A stretch of 64,000 bases of DNA from Sphingobacteriales bacterium (GTDB taxonomy: Bacteria; Bacteroidota; Bacteroidia; UKL13-3), in NCBI GenBank assembly GCA_021299635.1, contig JAJTFA010000001.1, positions 283,842 through 347,841 on the forward strand, read 5' to 3'. The notes below the pieces were generated by a model. That model was given only the letters and a program-made list of their open reading frames with translations, made no database searches and was not told where the DNA came from. Each line of letters starts with the position of its first letter. The first letter of the stretch is position 1. Positions 30,299 through 38,379 of the stretch are shown piece by piece. Made by a program: the position numbers and the translations under genes.

Positions 30299-31687
30299 AT
30301 GAATTACGATGTAATAGTTATTGGCAGCGGCCCCGGAGGATATGTTGCCGCTATCAGAGCCAGTCAGTTAGGTTTAAAAACAGCCATTGTTGAGCGTGAA
30401 AGCCTGGGAGGTATTTGCCTCAATTGGGGTTGCATACCCACCAAAGCATTATTAAAATCTGCTCAGGTTTTTGAGTATGTAAAGCATGCTGCCGATTATG
30501 GCATTTCTATTAAAGATGCCTCGCATGATTTCGGTGCCGTTATTAAACGCAGCCGTGGTGTGGCAGATGGCATGAGCAAAGGCATTGCCTTTTTAATGAA
30601 GAAAAATAAAATCGATGTTATTATGGGCTCAGGCAAGGTAGCAGCCGCATCCAAAGTAGAAGTTACAGATGCTGCAGGTGCCAAAAAAACCTACGATGCC
30701 AAACATATTATTCTGGCAACAGGAGCCCGCAGCCGCGAGTTGCCAAATATTAAAATTGATGGTAAAAAAGTAATCGGCTATCGTGAGGCAATGACACTTC
30801 CAACTCAGCCAAAATCTATGATAGTAATGGGTAGCGGAGCCATTGGCTGTGAGTTTGCCTATTTCTACAATACCATGGGAACCAAAGTTACCATCGTGGA
30901 GTTTATGCCTAATATCTTGCCAATTGAAGATGAGGATGTATCCAAAGAAGTAGCTAAATCATTTAAAAAATCCGGTATCGAAATCATGACCGATGCTGCT
31001 GTTGAGTCGGTAGACACCAAAGGCAATACCTGCAAGGTTAAAGTTAAAACCAAAACCGGTATGGTAGATCTGGAGGCCGATGTGGTGCTATCTGCCGTAG
31101 GTGTGCAAACCAACCTTGAAAACCTGGGATTAGAAACCTTGGGTATTAAAACAGATAAAGGCAAAGTTGTGGTTGATGATTTTTATGCAACCAATATTAA
31201 AGGCATTTATGCCATTGGCGATATTGTAAAAGGCCCGGCCTTGGCGCACGTTGCCAGTGCCGAGGGTATTATTTGTGTAGAAAAAATTGCCGGACATCAC
31301 CCCGAGCCTTTAAACTATAACAATATTCCTGGCTGCACTTATTGCCTGCCGGAGGTAGCATCGGTTGGGTATACAGAGAAGGCTGCAAAAGAAGCAGGCT
31401 ATCAAATTAAAGTGGGTAAGTTTCCTTTTAGTGCCAGCGGAAAAGCCAGCGCAGCCGGAGCCAAAGAAGGTTTTGTAAAAGTAATTTTCGATGCCAAGTA
31501 TGGTGAGTTTTTGGGCGCACACATGGTAGGAGCCAACGTAACAGAAATGATAGCCGAAGTAGTTGCAGCACGCAAACTAGAAACCACCGGCATGGAAATC
31601 ATCAAAACCGTACATCCGCATCCAACCATGAGCGAGGCCGTAATGGAAGCCGCAGCCTTGGCCTATGGCGAGTGCATTCACTTATAA
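30299..31687 (+). CDS. lpd: Dihydrolipoyl dehydrogenase (E3)
   Basis: 462 aa; FAD GxGxxG (VIGSGPGGY), redox-active disulfide GGICLNWGCIPTK, NAD motif, C-terminal HPHPT. Confidence 0.93.
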   Translation: MNYDVIVIGSGPGGYVAAIRASQLGLKTAIVERESLGGICLNWGCIPTKALLKSAQVFEYVKHAADYGISIKDASHDFGAVIKRSRGVADGMSKGIAFLMKKNKIDVIMGSGKVAAASKVEVTDAAGAKKTYDAKHIILATGARSRELPNIKIDGKKVIGYREAMTLPTQPKSMIVMGSGAIGCEFAYFYNTMGTKVTIVEFMPNILPIEDEDVSKEVAKSFKKSGIEIMTDAAVESVDTKGNTCKVKVKTKTGMVDLEADVVLSAVGVQTNLENLGLETLGIKTDKGKVVVDDFYATNIKGIYAIGDIVKGPALAHVASAEGIICVEKIAGHHPEPLNYNNIPGCTYCLPEVASVGYTEKAAKEAGYQIKVGKFPFSASGKASAAGAKEGFVKVIFDAKYGEFLGAHMVGANVTEMIAEVVAARKLETTGMEIIKTVHPHPTMSEAVMEAAALAYGECIHL

Positions 31688-31712
31688 TCATTCACACACA
31701 CGATACAAACAA

Positions 31713-31741
31713 AAGGCCGCCTGTAAAAGGTGGCCTTTTTT
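31713..31741 (+). terminator. Rho-independent terminator of lpd
   Basis: aggccgcctgtaaaaggtggcct hairpin (8 bp stem incl. one G-U) followed by tttttt. Confidence 0.8.
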
Positions 31742-31745
31742 ATTG

Positions 31746-31880
31746 GGCGTTCCCCTGATGCTTGCGCCATCGCATGCGCCTGCGCAAGCAATATCAGGGT
31801 CGGGCTATGCGTTGCAAGTCCTCGTTCCCTCCGCTCACTGCGGGCTTTCCACTGCTATCCCTAACGCGATTTTTAATAGC
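31746..31880. other. GC-rich highly structured ~135 nt element of unknown function (candidate small RNA or REP-like element)
   Basis: Nested inverted repeats cctgatgcttgcgc / gcgcaagcaatatcagg, gcatgc core, ccgctcactgcgg hairpin; much more GC-rich than surrounding DNA; no credible ORF. Confidence 0.4.
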
Positions 31881-32014
31881 ATCATAATCGTTGAAACATA
31901 ACCTAATCATAATGAGTAATTATTCACTGCGCTTAAGGGCTTTCGTAAGGTGGGAAGTTAAATTAAACAGATGGCATTCCTCAACGGAATAATATGCTCC
32001 TTACAAAACAAAAG

Positions 32015-32045
32015 CGAGCTTTATTAAAACTCGCTTCATTTGTTT
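32015..32045 (-). terminator. Terminator-like hairpin downstream of degenerate tRNA-Asp fragment (paralog of 32365-32395)
   Basis: agcgagctttattaaaactcgctt hairpin flanked by A/T runs; similar sequence context to hairpin after intact tRNA-Asp. Confidence 0.55.
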
Positions 32046-32062
32046 AACCAATATTGGTTATT

Positions 32063-32104
32063 TAGCGGTGCGGACGCCCCGAGTACTCGGGGGAACCCGC
32101 GACC
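32063..32104 (-). pseudogene. Degenerate duplicate of tRNA-Asp 3' portion (variable loop to acceptor 3' strand) with 16 nt palindrome ccccgagtactcgggg inserted in T-loop
   Basis: agcggtgcggacg[ccccgagtactcgggg]gaacccgcgacc aligns with tRNA-Asp tggcggtgcggacgggactcgaacccgcgacc; also 50 bp of downstream flank is duplicated. Confidence 0.8.
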
Positions 32105-32105
32105 A

Positions 32106-32357
32106 CTAGATTAAGCCCGAAATCCTACGGTAAAATGACTTGTTCTTTTGAGCCTTTAGAAACTTTTCTCTCCGCAACGCATCTACTTGTGAATCGAAAG
32201 TTTCATGATAAACCAGGCGCCACGGTTTTTTGGCCTTTGTTGATTTGGTTAGACCGGTATTATGCTCCAGTAATCGCCTTTCTAAAGCAGTTGTGTAACC
32301 TATATAAAATGAATCGAAATTATCTGAATAAAGAAGATAAACGAAGTGCATATGCAT
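32106..32357 (-). CDS. Mini GIY-YIG nuclease-family protein (~84 aa; start at MHMHFVYLLYS; upstream part of ORF track entry is read-through into tRNA-Asp)
   Basis: GIY-YIG motif VYLLYSDNFDSFYIGYTTALERRLLEHN..; start codon directly abuts the U-tract of the tRNA-Asp terminator; stop abuts the pseudo-tRNA fragment. Confidence 0.8.
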   Translation of the reverse strand: MHMHFVYLLYSDNFDSFYIGYTTALERRLLEHNTGLTKSTKAKKPWRLVYHETFDSQVDALRREKFLKAQKNKSFYRRISGLI

Positions 32358-32364
32358 AAAAAAA

Positions 32365-32395
32365 GCGAGCTGTTTAAAAAGCTCACTTTCTGTAT
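32365..32395 (-). terminator. Intrinsic terminator immediately after tRNA-Asp
   Basis: minus-strand RNA agugagcu-uuuuaaac-agcucgcu 8 bp stem followed by UUUUUUU. Confidence 0.7.
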
Positions 32396-32405
32396 TTAAC
32401 CATTT

Positions 32406-32482
32406 TGGCGGTGCGGACGGGACTCGAACCCGCGACCCCATGCGTGACAGGCATGTATTCTAACCAGCTGAACTACCGCACC
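32406..32482 (-). tRNA. tRNA-Asp (anticodon GTC), CCA encoded
   Basis: Manual cloverleaf: acceptor ggtgcgg/ccgcacc, D-arm gttc..gaat, anticodon stem catgc/gcatg loop cuGUCac, T-arm gcggg uucgagu cccgu, discriminator G + CCA; 77 nt. Confidence 0.93.
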
Positions 32483-32501
32483 GTTCCTCTTAAAAGGGAT
32501 G

Positions 32502-32531
32502 CAAATATAGGATTTTCATGTATTTTGTCAA
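32502..32531 (-). promoter_or_regulatory. Bacteroidota sigma-A type promoter for tRNA-Asp (TTG-N19-TATATTTG)
   Basis: minus strand TTGacaaaatacatgaaaatccTATATTTG ending ~21 nt before tRNA 5' end. Confidence 0.55.
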
Positions 32532-32596
32532 CTCTTATTTAAAACTTTTTTATCTGCTTTTCTTCTTATTTTGCAGCCCGTTAGAAACCATTACCT

Positions 32597-33553
32597 ATGG
32601 CCAATTATTTCGATTTCGAAAAACCGATTCAAGAGCTTGAAGAGCAAATAGAAAAAACCAAGCAATTATCACAGAAAAACAAGCTTGACCTGAACGCTAC
32701 CATCAAAGATCTGGAAGCAAAAATGCTGGCTGAAAAAAAACGTATCTACAGTAGCCTTACTGGTTGGCAGCGTGTGCAGATTTCACGCCATCCGGAAAGG
32801 CCATATACACTTGATTACATTGAGCATTGCTTTGAGGACTTTATCGAACAACATGGCGACCGCAATGTAAAGGATGACAAGGCAATTGTTGGTGGTTTTG
32901 CTAAATTGGGCAACCAAACCGTAATGGTTATTGGTCATCAAAAAGGTCGCAATACCAAACAAAGACAGTTGCGCAACTTTGGTATGGCTAACCCTGAAGG
33001 ATATAGAAAGGCCTTGAGGTTAATGAAGCTTGCAGAGAAATTCAATAAGCCTATTATTACCCTTATCGATACACCCGGTGCTTCTCCGGGTTTGGAAGCA
33101 GAAGAACGCGGCCAGGGTGAAGCCATTGCTAAAAATCTGCTAGAGATGTCGGTATTAAAAGTTCCTGTAATCTGTATCGTAATTGGTGAAGGTGCTTCAG
33201 GAGGTGCTTTGGGGATTGGTGTGGGTGATAAAGTGCTGATGTTGGAGAATACGTGGTATTCGGTAATATCTCCTGAGTCCTGCTCATCGATACTTTGGCG
33301 CAGTTGGGAGCACAAGGAAAAAGCTGCAGAAGCACTCAAGTTAACCGCACCGGATATGCTCAAAAACGGATTAATTGATGGTGTAATACCTGAACCTTTG
33401 GGCGGTGCTCACAATGACACGAACGAGATGTATTCGCGCATAAAAGACGAGCTTACCAAGGTTTTGAACGATTTATCTAAACTGGATTCAGAAAAATTGA
33501 TAGAACAACGCATTGCCAAGTTTTCGGCAATGGGTGCATTTACAGAAACTTAA
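32597..33553 (+). CDS. accA: Acetyl-CoA carboxylase carboxyltransferase alpha subunit
   Basis: 318 aa; crotonase-fold CT-alpha motifs ([21 protein letters not shown]). Confidence 0.93.
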   Translation: MANYFDFEKPIQELEEQIEKTKQLSQKNKLDLNATIKDLEAKMLAEKKRIYSSLTGWQRVQISRHPERPYTLDYIEHCFEDFIEQHGDRNVKDDKAIVGGFAKLGNQTVMVIGHQKGRNTKQRQLRNFGMANPEGYRKALRLMKLAEKFNKPIITLIDTPGASPGLEAEERGQGEAIAKNLLEMSVLKVPVICIVIGEGASGGALGIGVGDKVLMLENTWYSVISPESCSSILWRSWEHKEKAAEALKLTAPDMLKNGLIDGVIPEPLGGAHNDTNEMYSRIKDELTKVLNDLSKLDSEKLIEQRIAKFSAMGAFTET

Positions 33554-33557
33554 TAAA

Positions 33558-33578
33558 AAAAGCCCCTTCGGGGCTTTA
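33558..33578. terminator. Bidirectional hairpin terminator (accA on + ; GIY-YIG/pseudo-tRNA on -)
   Basis: aaaaaaagccccttcggggcttt: 6 bp GC stem, A-run one side T-run other. Confidence 0.75.
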
Positions 33579-33700
33579 GTGGAGGATAACGGAGTCGAAT
33601 CCCGAAACAGTGCCTTTTGAAAAGGCATACTGTTTCGAGGACCCTCGAAAAATTAAGAAATGCAAGCATTTCTATTTTTCGGGGCCGATGACCTCATGAA
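33576..33700 (-). pseudogene. Duplicate of tRNA-Ala 3' portion split by an 85 nt multi-hairpin insertion in the T-loop
   Basis: tttagtggaggataacggagtcgaa [tcccgaaacag...tttcgggg] ccgatgacctc matches intact tRNA-Ala tttagtggaggataacggagtcgaaccgatgacctc exactly outside the insertion. Confidence 0.85.
33600..33684. other. 85 nt structured insertion element: outer stem cccgaaa/tttcggg enclosing three hairpins
   Basis: hairpins aaacagtgcctttt/aaaaggcatactgttt, ttcgagg/ccctcgaa, agaaatgc/gcatttct; closes on itself; located exactly at T-loop position of the pseudo-tRNA. Confidence 0.6.
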
Positions 33701-33956
33701 ATTTAAATCCATTCTTAAGACAAAAATCATTTTGTCTGGCTCTTGATTTTAAGTTTTTGAGTTTACGCTCCATACTCAAAGCTTCAGTTCTGGATTGCAC
33801 TGCAAGAGAAGCAAATAAAACCCATGGCACCGCAGTTTTAGTTGATTGGTTTTTACCTGAATTGTGTTTTCTTATTCTTTCAGTTAAATCAGCTGTCTGG
33901 CCGATGTACCTTTTATCAGTAGAATGGGAATAGATTATGTAAACCCAGTATTTCAT
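33672..33956 (-). CDS. Mini GIY-YIG nuclease-family protein (94 aa), paralog of 32106-32357
   Basis: MKYWVYIIYSHSTDKRYIGQTADLTERIRKHN GIY-YIG motif; ~40% identical to the first copy; start codon 5 nt after tRNA-Ala terminator U-tract; last ~9 codons are encoded by the insertion end plus tRNA-derived ccgatgacctc. Confidence 0.8.
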   Translation of the reverse strand: MKYWVYIIYSHSTDKRYIGQTADLTERIRKHNSGKNQSTKTAVPWVLFASLAVQSRTEALSMERKLKNLKSRARQNDFCLKNGFKFHEVIGPEK

Positions 33957-33961
33957 TAATG

Positions 33962-33982
33962 AAAAAGGCCCAATGGGCCTTT
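33962..33982 (-). terminator. Intrinsic terminator immediately after tRNA-Ala
   Basis: aggcccaatgggcct 6 bp GC stem followed by uuuuu on minus-strand RNA. Confidence 0.75.
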
Positions 33983-33984
33983 AG

Positions 33985-34141
<157 letters not shown>

Positions 34142-34225
34142 AATTTTTTTTCTTCACTGATGACCTTCCCGATTTCATCGGGACGCTCTAGCCATCCCGA
34201 TTATGATCGGGAGAACTAATCCCCC
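34142..34225 (-). repeat. Pseudo-tRNA unit 2 (near-identical tandem copy of unit 1; D-loop hairpin tcccgatcataatcggga)
   Basis: ~95% identical to unit 1 over 83-84 bp, head-to-tail. Confidence 0.85.
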
Positions 34226-34237
34226 TTGGGGAGGCGG

Positions 34238-34267
34238 CAAATATATGAAGTAAGTTTTATTGTGCAA
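34238..34267 (-). promoter_or_regulatory. Bacteroidota sigma-A type promoter (TTG-N19-TATATTTG) upstream of pseudo-tRNA units and tRNA-Ala
   Basis: minus strand TTGcacaataaaacttacttcaTATATTTG ending 12 nt before pseudo-tRNA unit 2; same architecture as tRNA-Asp promoter. Confidence 0.5.
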
Positions 34268-34550
34268 ATTTAAACAGCACAATAATAAGCCCGTAAATAA
34301 GCGTAGATAGAATGATACCTCTGGCTATATAAAGCTTATCCTTGTTTAAAAACAGATAGAATAATCCCAGGTTTATTACTGCACATAAGCTCAACAAGGG
34401 TGATAATAGTTTTTTTGAAATGGCAAGGTCTAAAAATTCCATAAGCCCGCTGTGCCTGAATTCTGATAGGTAGAATCCAAGCGCACCCAGTAGTGGTCCG
34501 ATTAAACCTACAATAATTCCAATAGCTATATGATCTTTAATGTTGCGCAT
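34257..34550 (-). CDS. Small membrane protein (97 aa, 3 predicted TM), hypothetical
   Basis: hydrophobic segments; overlaps surE stop region; no known motif. Confidence 0.5.
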   Translation of the reverse strand: MRNIKDHIAIGIIVGLIGPLLGALGFYLSEFRHSGLMEFLDLAISKKLLSPLLSLCAVINLGLFYLFLNKDKLYIARGIILSTLIYGLIIVLFKFAQ

Positions 34551-35331
34551 GTGTTGCTATGTTTAAATTCCAGTTATTCAATTGCTGCATGGCATGATAG
34601 GCTGTTAGATCAAAATGCACCGGAACCACAGATGCAAAGCCATTTGCCAGTGCCCATTCATCGGTGTCTTCCCCTTTATCCATATTGATGAATTTGCCTG
34701 TTAGCCAGAAATACCTTCTTCCGTTTGGATCTTTTCTCTCATCAAATTCCTCTTGCCATTTAGCATTTGCCTGTCTGCAAATTTTAAGTCCGGCAAACGC
34801 TTCAGCGTTCACATTTGGAATATTTACATTGAGCAGTGTCCCCACCGGTAATCCGTTTTGAATAATATTTTTTGCAATGGTTTGTGCCACCGATACAGCT
34901 AATGAAAAATCGGCATCATATGCATAATTGCATAATGAAAATCCTACACTTGGTATGCCTTCTATCGCACCTTCCATAGCTGCACTCATGGTGCCTGAAT
35001 AAAGAACATTAATAGAAGAGTTGGAACCATGATTAATTCCAGAAACCAGTAGGTCCGGTTTGCGATGCAATACCTTATCTACAGCCAGCTTCACACAATC
35101 TGCCGGAGTGCCTGAGCATTGATAAGCAGTAAGCTCACCGTAAATATCTGTTTTTTCAAGTCTAAGTGGTTTGCTAATGGTAACTGCGTGACCCATGCCG
35201 CTTTGTGGGCTATCCGGAGCAACAATAATAATTTCTCCAAGCGGTTTCATGGCTGCTACCAAGGCACGTATACCAGGAGCAGTGATGCCATCATCATTTG
35301 ATATTAATATAAGTGGTTTATCTTGCTTCAT
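34537..35331 (-). CDS. surE: 5'/3'-nucleotidase SurE
   Basis: 264 aa; N-terminal LILISNDDGI metal-binding motif characteristic of SurE. Confidence 0.9.
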   Translation of the reverse strand: MKQDKPLILISNDDGITAPGIRALVAAMKPLGEIIIVAPDSPQSGMGHAVTISKPLRLEKTDIYGELTAYQCSGTPADCVKLAVDKVLHRKPDLLVSGINHGSNSSINVLYSGTMSAAMEGAIEGIPSVGFSLCNYAYDADFSLAVSVAQTIAKNIIQNGLPVGTLLNVNIPNVNAEAFAGLKICRQANAKWQEEFDERKDPNGRRYFWLTGKFINMDKGEDTDEWALANGFASVVPVHFDLTAYHAMQQLNNWNLNIATHAQH

Positions 35332-35403
35332 TCAAGGGCGAAAATAGAATAATCTGCATGTGTTTGTATCTACATGCGGTTAAATTTTGTATCACTTGTG
35401 CCG

Positions 35404-35952
35404 TTACCTCAATATTTTCAGTAAATCCTTTTCCATGGTCTTATCGGGTGATTCGATAATCCGTCCAATTTCTATTCCATTCCGATAAAGAATAATCAGC
35501 GGTACAAATGTTACTTTATAGGGTTCAATATTTACTGTTGAGCTTACTTTCTTTTTATTTACACCTATAAATTTGAGTTCTTTAAGACCGCTTTCATCAC
35601 AAATTTTAAGTAATGCCGGAACATGCTCCTTGCTATCGCTACACCAGGTTCCTAAAATAACTAGCACAGATACGTCTTGATGTTTCCTTAACTTCTTTAT
35701 AATTGTTTTTGCCGGTTTATAAGCGTTGTAATTTTTAAAGAACCAACTATATGATTCAATTTGTTGTCTGCCAATATAACCATCTGCAATAACCGTGTCT
35801 GCAGGGGCAGGTTGTTGTGCCTTCATAGTTAATGCAAACGCACATAGCAAGAGTAACATAAGAAATAACCTGATTTCCCGGGTCATTGTGGTCATGAAGT
35901 TATGAGTGAACATTATATAATGTGTTGCTCTTAAAGATGATATTAACAACAC
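35404..35952 (-). CDS. Thioredoxin-fold (TlpA-like) secreted protein with monothiol WCSDS (CxxS) motif; signal peptide suggests start near 35886
   Basis: LGTWCSDSKEHVPAL in thioredoxin-fold context, N-terminal hydrophobic leader. Confidence 0.65.
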   Translation of the reverse strand: MLLISSLRATHYIMFTHNFMTTMTREIRLFLMLLLLCAFALTMKAQQPAPADTVIADGYIGRQQIESYSWFFKNYNAYKPAKTIIKKLRKHQDVSVLVILGTWCSDSKEHVPALLKICDESGLKELKFIGVNKKKVSSTVNIEPYKVTFVPLIILYRNGIEIGRIIESPDKTMEKDLLKILR

Positions 35953-35982
35953 GCACCTGTATTTGAAATGATTATCTTGTGA

Positions 35983-36996
35983 TTAGGAAGTAGCATTCAT
36001 AAAGCCCAGGGCCTTGTTCACCATATTTTCAGAGCCAATAAAAATAGGTACACGCTGATGCAACTCTTTTGGCTGCACATTTAATACACGCTCGGTTCCT
36101 GTGTGTGCTTTACCTCCGGCTTGCTCTACAATAAATGCCATGGGTATACATTCAAACATTAAACGCAATTTACCATTAGGTGCTTTTGAAGTAGGCGGAT
36201 AAATAAAGATACCTCCCTTCAATAGATTCCGATGCAAATCTGCAACCATTGAGCCTATATAACGTGCGCTGTATGGGCGTGAGGTGTTCTTATCTTTTTC
36301 CTTGCACCATGCAATGTATTGTTGCACCCCTGCAGGGAAATCAGCAGCATTGCCTTCGTTTAGGGAATATATTTTACCGTCTTTTGGTACCTGAATATCT
36401 GGATGGGAAAGGCAGAACTCACCAATAGATGGATCTAGTGTAAATCCGTTTACACCTTTACCTGTTGAGTAAACAAGCATGGTGGATGATCCATAAATAA
36501 CATAACCTGCCGCAACCAGTTTGTTCCCCGGTTGTAGCACATCTTCAAGCGTTGGTTCTGTTCCGGCAGGTGTCACCCTTCGATAAACCGAAAAAATGGT
36601 TCCAATTGAAACATTAACATCAATATTCGATGAGCCATCTAGCGGATCAATGCAAACAATATAGTTTCCGTGTTTTGAGTAGCTACCTTTTAGCGGTATC
36701 ATATTATCTTCTTCCTCAGAAGCAAATGCACATACCTCGCCACCGCGCGATAGGGTAGTGGTAAACATTTCGTTACCTATCATATCAAGCTTTTTCACAT
36801 CTTCTCCCTGCACGTTTACCTCTCCGGTGTCGCCAATAATTTCAGCAATACCGGCTTTATTAACTTCTCTGCTTATCACTTTAGCGGCAATACCAATATC
36901 TCTAAGTATTCTGGAAAGTTCTCCTTTGGCGTAAGGGAATTCGTCCTGGCGTTCAATGATAAACTGCCCGAGTGTGGTGAAATTAAATTGAGACAT
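35983..36996 (-). CDS. fbp: Fructose-1,6-bisphosphatase class I
   Basis: 337 aa; FBPase class I motifs ([16 protein letters not shown]). Confidence 0.9.
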   Translation of the reverse strand: MSQFNFTTLGQFIIERQDEFPYAKGELSRILRDIGIAAKVISREVNKAGIAEIIGDTGEVNVQGEDVKKLDMIGNEMFTTTLSRGGEVCAFASEEEDNMIPLKGSYSKHGNYIVCIDPLDGSSNIDVNVSIGTIFSVYRRVTPAGTEPTLEDVLQPGNKLVAAGYVIYGSSTMLVYSTGKGVNGFTLDPSIGEFCLSHPDIQVPKDGKIYSLNEGNAADFPAGVQQYIAWCKEKDKNTSRPYSARYIGSMVADLHRNLLKGGIFIYPPTSKAPNGKLRLMFECIPMAFIVEQAGGKAHTGTERVLNVQPKELHQRVPIFIGSENMVNKALGFMNATS

Positions 36997-37108
36997 TGTT
37001 CAATATTATTGGTCTCCGCAAATATAAGGCCTTCATTCATTTACAAAAGACTTTATAAGTCTTAATTAAATTTATAATTTCGAAACAAAATTTTGGAGGA
37101 ACATCAAC

Positions 37109-38368
37109 GTGAGAGTATTTAAGTTTGGAGGGGCTTCTGTTAAAGATGCAGATGCTGTTGCAAATGTGGCCCGCATCATTCAAATGCATGCCGGTAGTGA
37201 GCTGTTGGTAGTGGTATCAGCAATGGGTAAAACCACAAATGCGCTTGAGAGGCTTGCAAAAGCATATTATGAGCACGCTACGCAGGAAAAAAATAAAATT
37301 TATGCCGAAATTAAGCAGTTCCATGATGAGATAATCAGTGGTTTGCTTAAAACCAAGAATAGCCATGCTTATGACGATATCGAAAATCTTTTTATTGAGC
37401 TGGAGTGCTTGCTTGAGTCTGAACCTGATGAGGCTTTCGATTATTACTATGATCAAATAGTAGGCTACGGTGAAATTTTTTCTACACGCATCGTAAGCAC
37501 GTATATGAATGAAAACGGAATTAAAAACCGTTGGATGGATGCACGCACCTTTATATCTACTGATGCTACTTTTCGTGAGGGCAAGGTAAACTGGGAGCAC
37601 ACCTGCCTCCTCATAGATAAAAAGTTGAAACCCATCGTGCATAAACAAATAGTGGTTACCCAGGGCTTTATAGGCCAGAATAACGATAAGCAAACCACAA
37701 CACTGGGCAGAGAAGGTTCTGATTACTCTGCGGCAATTTTTGCATATGGACTCAAGGCAGAGTCGCTAACCATCTGGAAGGATGTGGCCGGGGTAATGAA
37801 TGCCGACCCAAAGAAATTTAAAGAGGCTGTTAAACTGGATGAGCTAACCTACACGCATGCTATAGAAATGGCCTACTATGGGGCTACCGTTATTCATCCC
37901 AAAACCATACAGCCTTTACAGAGCAGACATATTCCATTATATGTAAAATCATTTATTGATCCTGAGGCCAAAGGAACAGTGGTGTATGATGGAGTTAAGG
38001 AAAAGCGCATTCCGGTAATCATTGTAAAGAGTAACCAGGTATTGCTCTCTATTTCAAGTAAGGATTTTTCGTTTATTGTGGAAGAGAATCTCAGTAGAAT
38101 TTTTTCAATCTTTGCAGAGCATAAAGTTCGTATTAATCTGATGCAAAATTCAGCAATTAGTTTTAGCATATGTGTGGATGAGGCAGGAGAAAAAATAGAA
38201 CGACTAAAGTCTGAATTGAGCATACATTATCAACTAAAATCAAATGAGCCTGTTGACTTAATTACCATTAATAATTATGATGAACAAACGCTTGCTCAAA
38301 CAAAATTAAACAGAGAGGTTTTACTGGAACAAAAAACCAGGGCAACTGCCCAAATGGTATTAAAATAA
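37109..38368 (+). CDS. lysC: Aspartate kinase
   Basis: 419 aa; amino-acid kinase N-terminus VFKFGGASV, C-terminal ACT domains. Confidence 0.88.
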   Translation: MRVFKFGGASVKDADAVANVARIIQMHAGSELLVVVSAMGKTTNALERLAKAYYEHATQEKNKIYAEIKQFHDEIISGLLKTKNSHAYDDIENLFIELECLLESEPDEAFDYYYDQIVGYGEIFSTRIVSTYMNENGIKNRWMDARTFISTDATFREGKVNWEHTCLLIDKKLKPIVHKQIVVTQGFIGQNNDKQTTTLGREGSDYSAAIFAYGLKAESLTIWKDVAGVMNADPKKFKEAVKLDELTYTHAIEMAYYGATVIHPKTIQPLQSRHIPLYVKSFIDPEAKGTVVYDGVKEKRIPVIIVKSNQVLLSISSKDFSFIVEENLSRIFSIFAEHKVRINLMQNSAISFSICVDEAGEKIERLKSELSIHYQLKSNEPVDLITINNYDEQTLAQTKLNREVLLEQKTRATAQMVLK

Positions 38369-38379
38369 TTATATATAAT

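Noticed and set aside
31746-31880. Tested by eye against tmRNA, SRP RNA, RNase P RNA and 6S RNA hallmark motifs
   Set aside because: None of the diagnostic motifs is present: no tmRNA tag reading frame or GGGGCUGAUUCUGGAUUCGACG start, no SRP domain IV GGAA tetraloop context, and no RNase P P4 sequences. It is left as an unknown structured element.
31665-31901. Plus-strand ORF of 78 aa beginning inside the lpd 3' end and running through the GC-rich element
   Set aside because: It overlaps the lpd coding end and its terminator. Its composition is driven by GC-rich hairpins, with Ala/Pro/Ser-rich translation, and it has no start context. It is treated as a non-coding structured region.
32135-32359. 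Plus-strand 74 aa ORF antisense to the GIY-YIG gene of module A
   Set aside because: It is a mirror ORF of a gene with a clear GIY-YIG motif on the other strand, and has no independent support.
32358-32441. N-terminal 28 codons of track ORF 32106..32441 (MGSRVRVPSAPPKWLNTESELFKQLAFF...)
   Set aside because: This part is simply the antisense read-through of the tRNA-Asp gene and its terminator; the GSRVRVPSAPP peptide is the classic translated-tRNA artefact. The GIY-YIG CDS is started at MHMHFVYLL (32357) instead.
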